From positions 10,163 to 74,162 of the forward strand of contig JAAZBX010000001.1 of assembly GCA_012513575.1 (NCBI GenBank): DNA of 64,000 nucleotides, read 5' to 3'. A program made the translations under genes and the position numbers. The stretch's first letter is position 1. Every line of letters begins with the position of its first letter. The notes under the pieces are model-generated. The model did not search any database, had not been told where the DNA came from, and was given only the letters and a program-made list of their open reading frames with translations. Positions 45,222 through 54,463 of the stretch are shown here, piece after piece. This DNA is from Candidatus Dojkabacteria bacterium (lineage in GTDB: Bacteria; Patescibacteriota; Dojkabacteria; SC72).

Positions 45222-47396
45222 ATGGCAAAAACAAAATTAAAAAAATCAACAAAAAGTAAGGCAACAAGGGCAGTTTACAACAACCTGTTAATTGTTGAGT
45301 CTCCGTCAAAAGCAAAGACAATCAACAAATATTTGGGAAGTGATTACAAGGTTTTGGCAACTGTTGGGCATATAATTGATTTACCTAAAAGTAAATTGGG
45401 TGTTGATATTGATAACGGTTATGAACCCCTTTGGGAGCAGATTTATGGGAAAGGGAAAATTGTAAAGGATTTAAAAAAATCGATCCCAAAAGGTGGAAAT
45501 GTATATTTAGCTATGGACCCAGATCGAGAGGGAGAGGCAATTGCTTGGCATACTGCAAATTCCTTGGGACTTAAGGAACCTAAAAGGGTGACATTCCATG
45601 AAATTACTCAAGATGCAGTAAAGGAAGCCATATCAAAGCCCCAAACAATAGATATAGATTTGGTGAATGCTCAAAAAGCAAGAAGGGTCCTAGATAGGTT
45701 AGTGGGATACAAGTTGTCAGAGATTCTTTGGAAAAAGATTTGGTATGGACTCTCTGCGGGAAGAGTTCAATCTGTTGCATTAAGATTGATAGTTGAAAAG
45801 GAAGAGGAGAGAGAAGCTTTTGATTCCGAAGAATATTGGGAGGTAAAGGTTGTTGTAAAAGATAATAGGAACAATCTTTTAGAAGCCAAGCTTCAGAAAA
45901 AAGATGAGAAGAAATATATCCCTAAGAATAAACAAGAGGTTGAAGAATTAGAAGAAAGAATTGGTAATGGGAAATTTGTTGTAAAAAATATCTCTAAGAA
46001 AAAAATTAGTAAACATGCTTTTCCCCCTTTTACTACATCAACATTGCAGCAATCAGCTTACAATGGTTTAGGATTCACTTCAAAAAGAACAATGGCCCTT
46101 GCCCAGCAGCTTTACCAATCTGGATATGTCACTTACATGAGAACAGATTCGGTCTATTTAGGTGCGAAAGCTATTGAGAGTATTCGAAAACTTGTACAGG
46201 AGAGATTTGGTAAGGAATATATTCCTGAGAAACCAAACTTTTACAAAACAAAATCAAAAAATGCACAGGAGGCTCATGAAGCAATTCGTCCTACTGATTT
46301 TTGGATTGATTCTAAAAGGATTTCATCTGAGCTTGGGGATTCTGCAGCGAAGCTTTATGAATTAATCTGGAAAAGGGCAGTGTCAAGTCAAATGAGTAGT
46401 AAAGAAGTTGAAGTGTTATCAGTATCTTTAACCCCAAGGGAGCTAAAATCTCCTGAGTATGAATTCCTTATGGGAGGGGAAAGAATCCTTTTTGAGGGTT
46501 TTAGAAAAGTTCTTTTTATTAAACATGAGAGCGAGGATTTGCAAGAGATAAATCAGCTAGAGAAAGGAGATGAATTAACTAAAGAGAAATTCATCAATGA
46601 ACAAAAATTTACGCAGCCACCTGCGAGATTTACGGAGGCCTCTCTTATTAAGAAGTTAGAAGAGCTGGGTATTGGTAGGCCTTCAACCTATGCGACGATA
46701 ATTTCTACAATCTTGGCGAGGGGTTATGTGGTAAAGGATGGGAGAGCAATTCTTCCTGTAGATGTAGGAAGATTGGTAACAAACTTTCTTAGGGGGAATT
46801 TTACTAGGCTTGTAGACTATGCTTATACCGCACAAGTTGAGGATGAATTGGACAGTATCTCTTTGGGAAAGAAAAAATATTTTCCTGTAATTGATGAAGA
46901 ATTTAAAATGTTAACAGAGGCTATCTCAAAGGCAGAAAAGGATGTTAAGAAAGATGATGTTGTAATAATTGGCAAATCTGAAGAGAAGTGTCCTAAATGT
47001 GGTGGCGAAATGGTTGTTAGAGTTGGCAGATACGGTAGATTCTTAAGTTGTGCGAAATTTCCTGAATGTAAGGGGATGAAAGATATCTCTGGGGGAATAG
47101 AAATCGATTTTGAGAAATATGAGAAACAAGATAAATGTCCAAAGTGTGGTAAGAGTGTTGTTTTAAAGAGTGGAAAATATGGGAAATTTTGGGCTTGTGA
47201 GGAGTATCCAGATTGTAAAGGAGTTATCCCATTGCTTCTGAAGGAAAAGTGTCCTGAGTGTGGTCATAACCTTGTTGAGAGGAGAAGTAAATGGGGGAAA
47301 ACCTTTATCGGTTGCAGTAACTACCCAGAGTGCAAATATATCAAGAATGCCAGGAAATCCATTTCTGGGAACAGGAGGAAAAAAGCCAAGAAATAA
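45222..47396 (+). CDS. topA: DNA topoisomerase I with three C-terminal zinc ribbons
   Basis: Toprim 'LLIVESPSKAKTI', active-site region 'GYVTYMRTDS', C-terminal 'CPKCGGEMV...CxxC' repeated three times. Confidence 0.93.
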   Translation: MAKTKLKKSTKSKATRAVYNNLLIVESPSKAKTINKYLGSDYKVLATVGHIIDLPKSKLGVDIDNGYEPLWEQIYGKGKIVKDLKKSIPKGGNVYLAMDPDREGEAIAWHTANSLGLKEPKRVTFHEITQDAVKEAISKPQTIDIDLVNAQKARRVLDRLVGYKLSEILWKKIWYGLSAGRVQSVALRLIVEKEEEREAFDSEEYWEVKVVVKDNRNNLLEAKLQKKDEKKYIPKNKQEVEELEERIGNGKFVVKNISKKKISKHAFPPFTTSTLQQSAYNGLGFTSKRTMALAQQLYQSGYVTYMRTDSVYLGAKAIESIRKLVQERFGKEYIPEKPNFYKTKSKNAQEAHEAIRPTDFWIDSKRISSELGDSAAKLYELIWKRAVSSQMSSKEVEVLSVSLTPRELKSPEYEFLMGGERILFEGFRKVLFIKHESEDLQEINQLEKGDELTKEKFINEQKFTQPPARFTEASLIKKLEELGIGRPSTYATIISTILARGYVVKDGRAILPVDVGRLVTNFLRGNFTRLVDYAYTAQVEDELDSISLGKKKYFPVIDEEFKMLTEAISKAEKDVKKDDVVIIGKSEEKCPKCGGEMVVRVGRYGRFLSCAKFPECKGMKDISGGIEIDFEKYEKQDKCPKCGKSVVLKSGKYGKFWACEEYPDCKGVIPLLLKEKCPECGHNLVERRSKWGKTFIGCSNYPECKYIKNARKSISGNRRKKAKK

Positions 47397-47449
47397 TCCA
47401 ATCTCGATGATTTCATAAAGATTTCATTTATTAGGAGTAATATGCAAAT

Positions 47450-48085
47450 ATGCTTCCTCGGGAGAAATATATTGAAAGGGGTATTGATTCTCTTTCTGAT
47501 ATGGAATTACTTGCGATTTTGGTAGGCAAGGGTATTAGAGGGAAGAATTTTCTATCAATCTCAAGAAGTTTGATTTCTAGAATGAGAGGGTTACTTGAAT
47601 CAAAAAAGGGTTTAACACTTGAGAAGATAAGGGAGATTGATGGAATCGGAGAGGTTACGGGAATGAAAATTCTTTGTGGCATCGAATTGGGTCGTAGGCT
47701 TTATGATACAAGGCAATCAGAGAGGAAATTTGTTAGAAACTCCCAGGAAGCATATTCTCTTCTTAGATATATTGGCAGAAGGAAGCAGGAACATGTTGTA
47801 GCTCTCTTCCTAAATTCACGCTTTGAGGTTATTGCTAAAAGGACAATTTGTATAGGGACTCTAGATGGGGTGAATGTATTACCAAGGGATATTATCATCC
47901 CAGCTCTTGAAAACAATGCCAATAGCATAGTTATTGCCCATAATCATCCATCCGGAGATTGTTCACCAAGTGGCGAAGACCTTGAAATTACAAGAAGAAT
48001 CAGCTCTGCACTCGAATTGGTGGGCCTTTCTTTACTTGATCATATAATCATCTCTTCAAATGGTTGGAAAAGGGTAGAAATTTAA
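47450..48085 (+). CDS. radC: RadC-family JAB/MPN-domain protein (UPF0758)
   Basis: N-terminal HhH and JAMM motif 'HNHPSGDCSPSGEDLEITRR'. Confidence 0.85.
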   Translation: MLPREKYIERGIDSLSDMELLAILVGKGIRGKNFLSISRSLISRMRGLLESKKGLTLEKIREIDGIGEVTGMKILCGIELGRRLYDTRQSERKFVRNSQEAYSLLRYIGRRKQEHVVALFLNSRFEVIAKRTICIGTLDGVNVLPRDIIIPALENNANSIVIAHNHPSGDCSPSGEDLEITRRISSALELVGLSLLDHIIISSNGWKRVEI

Positions 48086-48098
48086 ATCCCTAATAATA

Positions 48099-48127
48099 TT
48101 GTCAAAACCTCTTGTGTTGTGTATAAT
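48099..48127 (+). promoter_or_regulatory. sigma-70-type promoter for rpsB-tsf: -35 TTGTCA (48099-48104), 17-bp spacer, -10 TATAAT (48122-48127)
   Basis: Read directly. About 90 nt upstream of the rpsB ATG. The leader contains the hairpin CTGGA-N11-TCCAG and the SD GGAAAGGA. Confidence 0.55.
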
Positions 48128-48216
48128 CCAAACGGTTAATTAATCTCATATATTTCTGGCCAATCCTGGATAGAGATATCCTCCAGAAATATCATTAAAA
48201 GGAAAGGAATACATAT

Positions 48217-49353
48217 ATGGCAGAAGCCAAAAAAGAGGTCTTGCAGAAAACTGAGACCAAAAACAAAAGTTTTCAAATGCCAGAACTTTTAGATTTACTT
48301 AAAGTAGGTGCGCACTTTGGGCACAAAAAGAGTGCTTGGGATCCTCGAATGGAGAAGTATATCTACGAAATTAGAAATGGTATTCACATTATCGATTTGG
48401 TTAAGACCTTAGAGATGCTAGAAGTCGCTCTTCAAAAGATTCAACATTTCTCAGAAAGAGGCAATATCCTCATCGTTGGGACTAAAGGTCAAGCAGCGAC
48501 AATAATTGAAGATGTGGCAAAAAGAAGTGGTATGTTTTATGTAAATAGAAGGTGGCCAGGAGGTCTTTTCACAAATTTTGATGGAATTAAAAAGAGTGTT
48601 CAAACATTGGTTAAAATGGAGGAACAAATAGCTCGAGGAGGAAAAGGTCTTGTAAAAAAAGAGATACTTCTGCTTCAAAAAGATGTTGAGAGATTAAATA
48701 GAATGTACAGCGGTATTAAATTCATGGATAAGCTTCCAGAAGCAATTATCGTGGTCGATAGTGCAGTTGAGAAGAATGCTGTCAAAGAAGCGAGGAATAT
48801 GAATATTCCAATTATTTCTTTAATTGATACTAACTGTAATCCAGATGTAATTGATTACCCAATACCTGCAAATGATGATTCCCTAAAGAGTATTTCCCTC
48901 TTTGTTAATATCTTTGGTGATGTTGTAAAGGATTCCAAGAATTCTCTATCGGTCATTTCTTTAAGAAGAGATAATGATGCTTTACTTGCCAAATTAGAAA
49001 AAGAGGCAAATGAAGAGAAAGAAAGAATTGCAAAGATGGAAGAAGAGGAGAGGGAGAGAATGAAGGCTTTAAGAGAAGGGAAAATTACCTCTGTGACAAC
49101 CTCATCCGTAGTTAGAGTGGTAAAAAAAGAAAAGGATATTGATGCAGAGATAAAGAAAGCTGAAGAGGTAAAAGAGAAAGAAGATAAAAAGGGAATGGAT
49201 GATTTAGGTCTTAGTGTAAGAGTGGTAAAACTTTTAAATGATGCTGGATTGAAGTCTGTTCCAGCCTTAAAGAAACTTTCCAAGAAAGAGTTATTAGCAA
49301 TTAAAGGTATTGGAGAAAAAGCAGCTACTGATATCCTCAAAGCTTTAAAATAG
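48217..49353 (+). CDS. rpsB: 30S ribosomal protein S2 with about 130-aa C-terminal extension (charged coiled-coil plus HhH, RNAP alpha-CTD-like domain)
   Basis: S2 core 'AHFGHKKSAWDPRMEKYIYEIRNGIHIIDL'. Extension 'EKEANEEKERIAKMEEEERER...LGLSVRVVKLLNDAGLKSVPALKKLSKKELLAIKGIGEKAATDILKAL'. Confidence 0.9.
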   Translation: MAEAKKEVLQKTETKNKSFQMPELLDLLKVGAHFGHKKSAWDPRMEKYIYEIRNGIHIIDLVKTLEMLEVALQKIQHFSERGNILIVGTKGQAATIIEDVAKRSGMFYVNRRWPGGLFTNFDGIKKSVQTLVKMEEQIARGGKGLVKKEILLLQKDVERLNRMYSGIKFMDKLPEAIIVVDSAVEKNAVKEARNMNIPIISLIDTNCNPDVIDYPIPANDDSLKSISLFVNIFGDVVKDSKNSLSVISLRRDNDALLAKLEKEANEEKERIAKMEEEERERMKALREGKITSVTTSSVVRVVKKEKDIDAEIKKAEEVKEKEDKKGMDDLGLSVRVVKLLNDAGLKSVPALKKLSKKELLAIKGIGEKAATDILKALK

Positions 49354-49374
49354 ATAATTTGAATTAGGAAGAAT

Positions 49375-50094
49375 ATGGGAAAAGTTACTATAGATGATAT
49401 TAAAACGTTAAGAGACAAGACATCAGCAGGGATGGGTCTTTGTAAAGAAGCCTTAACAAAGTCTGATGGAGATATGAAAAAAGCAATAGAATATATTAAT
49501 AAAAGGAGTGATGTAATTGGAAGGCTTCATAATCTTACTGGTGCCAAAATAGGTCTTTGCAAGCTGGCTTTTGAGGATGCTGGAAAAGAATTCGAGAAAG
49601 CAGTTGAAATTATCAAAGAGAGAGGGTGGAATGAAGAGTTGGAAGGAGATATTGATGAAAAAGTGGAAGGGATTATTGATAGCTATATTCATGGGAATGA
49701 CAAGAGGCTTGGTGCGATGGTAGAAGTCACATGTAAAACAGATTTTGTTGCAAAAAATGAAGACTTTAGAACTTTTGTTCATGAAGTAGTATTACAAGTT
49801 GCTGCAATGAAACCGGAATATGTCTCTAGAGAATCTTTGGATGAAAAGGCCATAAAGGATCTGAAAGAGAAGTTTACAAAAGAGGTTGAAGCAGAGAAAA
49901 AACCTAAGGAGATGGTTGAAAAAATTATTGAAGGGAAACTTAATAAATATTTTGCAGAAAAATGTCTTTTGGAGCAGAAGTGGTTTAAAGATGAATCAAA
50001 AACGATTGCATCTTTGTTAGATGAAACTTCTCAAAAGATGGGTGAACCATTAAAGATTTCAAGAATAATGTTATGGGAGATGGGCAAAAAATAG
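49375..50094 (+). CDS. tsf: elongation factor Ts
   Basis: N-terminal UBA-like 'IKTLRDKTSAGMGLCKEALTKSDGDMKKAIEYI' and a duplicated Ts core. Confidence 0.9.
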   Translation: MGKVTIDDIKTLRDKTSAGMGLCKEALTKSDGDMKKAIEYINKRSDVIGRLHNLTGAKIGLCKLAFEDAGKEFEKAVEIIKERGWNEELEGDIDEKVEGIIDSYIHGNDKRLGAMVEVTCKTDFVAKNEDFRTFVHEVVLQVAAMKPEYVSRESLDEKAIKDLKEKFTKEVEAEKKPKEMVEKIIEGKLNKYFAEKCLLEQKWFKDESKTIASLLDETSQKMGEPLKISRIMLWEMGKK

Positions 50095-50615
50095 AATTTG
50101 AGAAACTTGAAGCCAAATTCTTTATTATTGAAAATGCCCAATTAGTTACTCATGATTTAGATTTGACTTCGAATCTCTGTACTCAGCCTTATTTTAATCA
50201 CAAAAACGGATGTCCTAATTTTGGGGTGAGAGATGATTGTCCTCCCAATGTTAAGCATATTTCAGAGGAATTTGAAATGGATTCAATAAATATTCTCCTT
50301 TTAGAATTTCCTTTGAATGAGTATTTTCTTCAAAGGAAAAAAATCCATCCTGATTGGACAAACAGAGCGCTAATTAATCCAAGGCATTGGCAGAATCACC
50401 TTCGGGCATCTATGAATAATGAATGGGAAAATCTTAAAGAAGAATATCCTAATTACGAAATGATAAGGAATCCAGAGGGGCAAGGGGTAAATGTAGAAGA
50501 GACTTTAAAGTTAGTCGGAATAGAAATGGATTGGTCTGATATGGGAGAGGAAGGGGAGATTATATCTGTTGCTCAAAGGATTTACAGAGTAGCACTTATT
50601 GGAAAAAGGATTTAG
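50073..50615 (+). CDS. hypothetical protein (180 aa) with Cys-containing motif 'CPNFGVRDDCPP'
   Basis: The ORF overlaps the tsf stop by 22 nt. No recognisable family. Confidence 0.4.
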   Translation: MGDGQKIEFEKLEAKFFIIENAQLVTHDLDLTSNLCTQPYFNHKNGCPNFGVRDDCPPNVKHISEEFEMDSINILLLEFPLNEYFLQRKKIHPDWTNRALINPRHWQNHLRASMNNEWENLKEEYPNYEMIRNPEGQGVNVEETLKLVGIEMDWSDMGEEGEIISVAQRIYRVALIGKRI

Positions 50616-50745
50616 AGCGTTTTGCAATTATTTAAAAAAATCGACCTTTATATGTATTAATTTGTTGTAAGAAAGCCATTTGTTTGGTAAAATGTGCTGT
50701 TCTTTAAGAAATTGATACAAAGTTTACGCTCTGGAAAGGAGAAAA

Positions 50746-51279
50746 ATGTTTGAGCAATTACCACCTAATGTGTCCTTTTTGAATCGCTTCCCTGTTGTGT
50801 ATTTTGCACATCCAATAAGTGGTTTACCTCTCAATGTAGTACAAGATTATTATCAATCGACGAGAGAGAGGTTTGGAAGAATCTGTCAAGTTCGCACCCC
50901 CATGGATGTTATCGCGAGAACGGACTTGAAAGAAAGAAAAGAATCTTTCAAAGAGCCAGGAATGGCCAATGATGTAATCACTAGCCGTGACTATGGATTT
51001 GTCCGTGAATGTGATGTGATATTTGCCAACCTCTCAAAATGTACTAGACCGTCAATCGGTTCAATAATGGAAATTGCTTGGGCTTATGCCTATGACAAAT
51101 ACATTATGATTGTAATGGATGAAGAGGGAATTCATGAACATGGGATGATCCTTGGCGCTCATCCACTGGTTTACAGAAGCCATATGGCAGCAGCCAACGA
51201 CTTGATTGAGTACTGTAAAACAGGTTTTAGTGATCCTCGGCTTCGTTCCTATGCTGATAGTTTGAAATATAAACTTTGA
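50746..51279 (+). CDS. nucleoside 2-deoxyribosyltransferase-like protein
   Basis: 'VVYFAHPISG' N-terminus and 'SIGSIMEIAWAYAYDKYIMIV' resemble the NDT/Rcl family fold. Locally higher GC than neighbours. Confidence 0.5.
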   Translation: MFEQLPPNVSFLNRFPVVYFAHPISGLPLNVVQDYYQSTRERFGRICQVRTPMDVIARTDLKERKESFKEPGMANDVITSRDYGFVRECDVIFANLSKCTRPSIGSIMEIAWAYAYDKYIMIVMDEEGIHEHGMILGAHPLVYRSHMAAANDLIEYCKTGFSDPRLRSYADSLKYKL

Positions 51280-51293
51280 TATCAATCTCTTCT

Positions 51294-51331
51294 CCCTAGC
51301 GGGAATTTGTCTTCTGACTCTCCCGCTAGGG
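51294..51331 (+). other. GC-rich perfect hairpin (11-bp stem CCCTAGCGGGA/TCCCGCTAGGG, 16-nt loop) 15 nt downstream of the NDT-like gene; no T-run
   Basis: Read directly. Confidence 0.5.
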
Positions 51332-51418
51332 TATATCTTCCCAAAAACATTTCCATTTATAGACATCCTTAGTATATTGGTATACAATATTTTCATATAA
51401 TATTGTTGGGAATAATAT

Positions 51419-51964
51419 ATGGATATTAACCAATTTAGAGTAGATATTACTAAATGTGTTGAACATGTTAAGGAGGATCTCTCTCAGATAAGAACGGGAA
51501 GGGCTACATCTGAATTAGTTGAGGATATTCTTGTCTCTGCCTATGAGACACAGTCCCCAGTAAAGAACTTAGCTTCAATTTCAGTTATGGATGCAAAAAC
51601 AATCTCAATTGAACCTTGGGATAAATCGATATTGGAAAATATTAATAAGGGTGTCGGTGCTGCAAATTTAGGATTTTCTCCGATTATGGAGGGTGATAGA
51701 GTAATTGTAAAGATACCTGATTTGACTGAGGAAAGGAGACAGGAGTATGTAAAGATAATGAAAGAAAGAATTGAGGATGGGAGAATTTCTGTAAGACAGG
51801 TAAGGCAGAAATTTATGCAAATGATAGACGAAGATCAGAAGGGTGGACTCTCTGAAGATGCTGCAGACTTGATGAGAAATGAAGCAGAGAAGATAGTAAA
51901 AGATGCGAACAACCAAATTGAATTAATAAAGGAAGAAAAAGAAAAAGAGCTACTAACAATTTAA
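51419..51964 (+). CDS. frr: ribosome recycling factor
   Basis: 181 aa, RRF family ('EDLSQIRTGRATSELVEDILVSAYETQSPVKNLASISV'). Confidence 0.9.
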   Translation: MDINQFRVDITKCVEHVKEDLSQIRTGRATSELVEDILVSAYETQSPVKNLASISVMDAKTISIEPWDKSILENINKGVGAANLGFSPIMEGDRVIVKIPDLTEERRQEYVKIMKERIEDGRISVRQVRQKFMQMIDEDQKGGLSEDAADLMRNEAEKIVKDANNQIELIKEEKEKELLTI

Positions 51965-51981
51965 TATTGAAATAAAGAAAC

Positions 51982-53121
51982 ATGTCTATTTTTGTAAATA
52001 TCTTGCTTTTCCTTTTGGTCATAAGTATCTTAACCTTTGTACATGAGCTAGGACATTATGTTTCTGCGAAAATAATTGGAGCGAAGGTTCTAGAATTTTC
52101 CTTGGGTTTTGGGCCTAAACTTTTCTCTAAGAAGTGGAGAGAGACAATTTATAGTTTTAGGGGGTTACCTTTCGGAGGGTATGTGAAAATATTGGGAGAT
52201 GGTGATCCTGGGGAAGAGATGAATTCTAAGGCAGACGACAAGCGAGATTTGCGAAAAAAGCCTAAGTGGCAGCAGATATTCGTAATGCTTTCAGGGGTTA
52301 CTATGAATATCCTTCTTGCCATTTCAATCTATTATGTTGTTTTAGCCTCCAATGGCTGGGAGTTAGTATTAAATTCTGATTTCAAAGATTTTAAAGCGAT
52401 AGGGGCAGAAGTGTATCTAGAGAGAGAAGGGGTTGTCGAATACGAGATTATTGAAGGGGGGAAAGCCTCTGAAGCAAAGTTGCCTGAAAAGGGTTTTATC
52501 AAATCAATAGACAACAAAGAAATCGTATATATGGAAGAGGTAGGGGAGTATATTTCTACTAAAAAAGGGGAGACGATAAGTATAAATATTTGTGTTGATG
52601 AGAAGTGCTCAGATTATGTCATAGAGGTTCCCGAAGAGGGGAAAATTGGAATTTCTCTGCCCTCAAACTATCTTGTGATTCTTTCATATAAGGAGCATAA
52701 ATTGTTCGCAGGATTTTCTCACATCCGTAACAGTCTCGTGCTAATAGGTAATAAGCTTGAAGAAATGATCGGGAATGCAAGGCTTTCTGGTGATTATAGC
52801 GAGATTTCCAATTCAGTCTCTGGTCCTGTGGGGATATATTTTGTGATAGACTACTTTAAAAAATTTGGAGTAATACCATTCCTGGGAATGATAGCGGATC
52901 TTTCTGTGTCGTTGGCACTTGTAAATGTCCTCCCAATACCTGCCCTAGATGGTGGAAGAGTCCTGATCCTACTTCTAGAATGGATAGCAGGTAAAGAGCT
53001 TGATGAGAAGATTGAAACAAAAATAATTAATGGTAGTTTTATATTCCTAATAATTTTGATACTATTTATTATTATTAAAGATATAGTTAATATAGATAGT
53101 ATGAAAGAATTATTTAAGTAA
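51982..53121 (+). CDS. rseP: RIP metalloprotease RseP (M50 site-2 protease with PDZ)
   Basis: 'HELGHYVSAKIIGAKV' HExxH in TM1, a central PDZ-like region, C-terminal 'NVLPIPALDGG'. Confidence 0.85.
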   Translation: MSIFVNILLFLLVISILTFVHELGHYVSAKIIGAKVLEFSLGFGPKLFSKKWRETIYSFRGLPFGGYVKILGDGDPGEEMNSKADDKRDLRKKPKWQQIFVMLSGVTMNILLAISIYYVVLASNGWELVLNSDFKDFKAIGAEVYLEREGVVEYEIIEGGKASEAKLPEKGFIKSIDNKEIVYMEEVGEYISTKKGETISINICVDEKCSDYVIEVPEEGKIGISLPSNYLVILSYKEHKLFAGFSHIRNSLVLIGNKLEEMIGNARLSGDYSEISNSVSGPVGIYFVIDYFKKFGVIPFLGMIADLSVSLALVNVLPIPALDGGRVLILLLEWIAGKELDEKIETKIINGSFIFLIILILFIIIKDIVNIDSMKELFK

Positions 53122-53130
53122 TATTAGTAC

Positions 53131-54450
53131 ATGAGCAATATTAGAGTAGGGGTTGGTAAGAAGGGTATAGTTTTGGCACTTATTGTAGGTGTTTTATTGC
53201 TTGGAGGTGGAGGAGGGTATTTACTTTGGAGAGTTAATCAAGAGGATACAGTAGCGCCCACAGATAGTGATGCGAGTGAACAGGTTTGTGTGGATAGATG
53301 TACGGGGACCTGTTCTCAGGCTTACCCTTGGCAATCTCCCGACCAGTGTACAGATGATGCTTATAAGGGATGCGAATTTGTCTCTGCTGGGGGGAATGTA
53401 TTACATGGTTGTTGTCTTTATGAAAGAGAATGTAACATAACTGCATATCATATTACATATGCCGCTGGTGCGAATGGATCTGTCACGAACGCAGGACAAA
53501 ACAGTGTAGCTCCAGGTGGGAGTATTAGTTCAACTGCAAGTCCTTCAGTAGGATATAGATTTGTAAAATGGAGTGATAATAAAACAACTGCAACAAGAAC
53601 AGACACGAATGTTCAAGCGGATGCAATATATACTGCGATTTTCGAGGTTCTTCCTTCTGACCAAGTTACATTAACATATATCGCAGGTAGCGGAGGGACA
53701 ATATCAGGAACAGCAACTCAAACAATTGCCAAAGGAGCAAGCGGTACTGCCGTAACAGCAACACCTAATAGTGACTATACTTTTGAAAAATGGAGTGATA
53801 ATAAAACAACTGCAACAAGGACTGATACGAATGTACAAGTAAGTGCAACATATACTGCTACATTTAAATCAACATCTCCTACTACCCCTGTAAACTGTAC
53901 AGGTTTTACATTGTCCTGTGGTGCAAACAATACAATTAATATTAATTGGAATCTTGTAACAGGTGCAGTTAAATACATTGCTAGAATCAATAAAGCACCA
54001 AAGAGTGACTGGCTTAATGAAGAAGGAGGTGATGTATGGATAGCTCTCGGACCAGATGTAAATAGCTATGTAATCCAGAATGCTCAATCAGGAGTGGTGT
54101 ATGGAGTTAATGTTCTAGCATATGATGGACCAGATGGCCAGACAGATTTTCATCCTAGTTGTAACATGACAGGTTTGGGACAGATCTGGGATCCTCCAAT
54201 GTATATTGAAATTGCATGTCAAGGAACTTCCCCCATTGTTGTCCCTGATACAGGTATTTTTGATAATTCTAAACATACAGTAATATTTGGCTTTGTTGTA
54301 TTAGTAATTGGTTTGGCTTGGACATGGATATCTACTTTACCGAAGAAAGCACTCTTCGCTATTTCTTCTACTAGTAGTAAAATTAGAGAAGATAGTGAAA
54401 GAAGAAGAGTTGAGAATAGAAGAGAGAGATTAGAAAAAAGAATAAAATAA
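53131..54450 (+). CDS. cell-surface protein with N-terminal signal anchor, Listeria-Bacteroides (Flg_new-type) repeats, and C-terminal 'PDTG' sorting-signal-like motif plus TM plus basic tail
   Basis: N-terminal 'MSNIRVGVGKKGIVLALIVGVLLLGGGGGYLLWRVNQE'. Two 'GY.F.KWSDNKTTATRTDTNVQ' repeats (nucleotide repeats at 53566-53617 and 53788-53839). C-terminal 'VVPDTGIFDNSKHTVIFGFVVLVIGLAWTWIS...RRRVENRRERLEKRIK'. Confidence 0.6.
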   Translation: MSNIRVGVGKKGIVLALIVGVLLLGGGGGYLLWRVNQEDTVAPTDSDASEQVCVDRCTGTCSQAYPWQSPDQCTDDAYKGCEFVSAGGNVLHGCCLYERECNITAYHITYAAGANGSVTNAGQNSVAPGGSISSTASPSVGYRFVKWSDNKTTATRTDTNVQADAIYTAIFEVLPSDQVTLTYIAGSGGTISGTATQTIAKGASGTAVTATPNSDYTFEKWSDNKTTATRTDTNVQVSATYTATFKSTSPTTPVNCTGFTLSCGANNTININWNLVTGAVKYIARINKAPKSDWLNEEGGDVWIALGPDVNSYVIQNAQSGVVYGVNVLAYDGPDGQTDFHPSCNMTGLGQIWDPPMYIEIACQGTSPIVVPDTGIFDNSKHTVIFGFVVLVIGLAWTWISTLPKKALFAISSTSSKIREDSERRRVENRRERLEKRIK

Positions 54451-54463
54451 AATATTTATTTAA

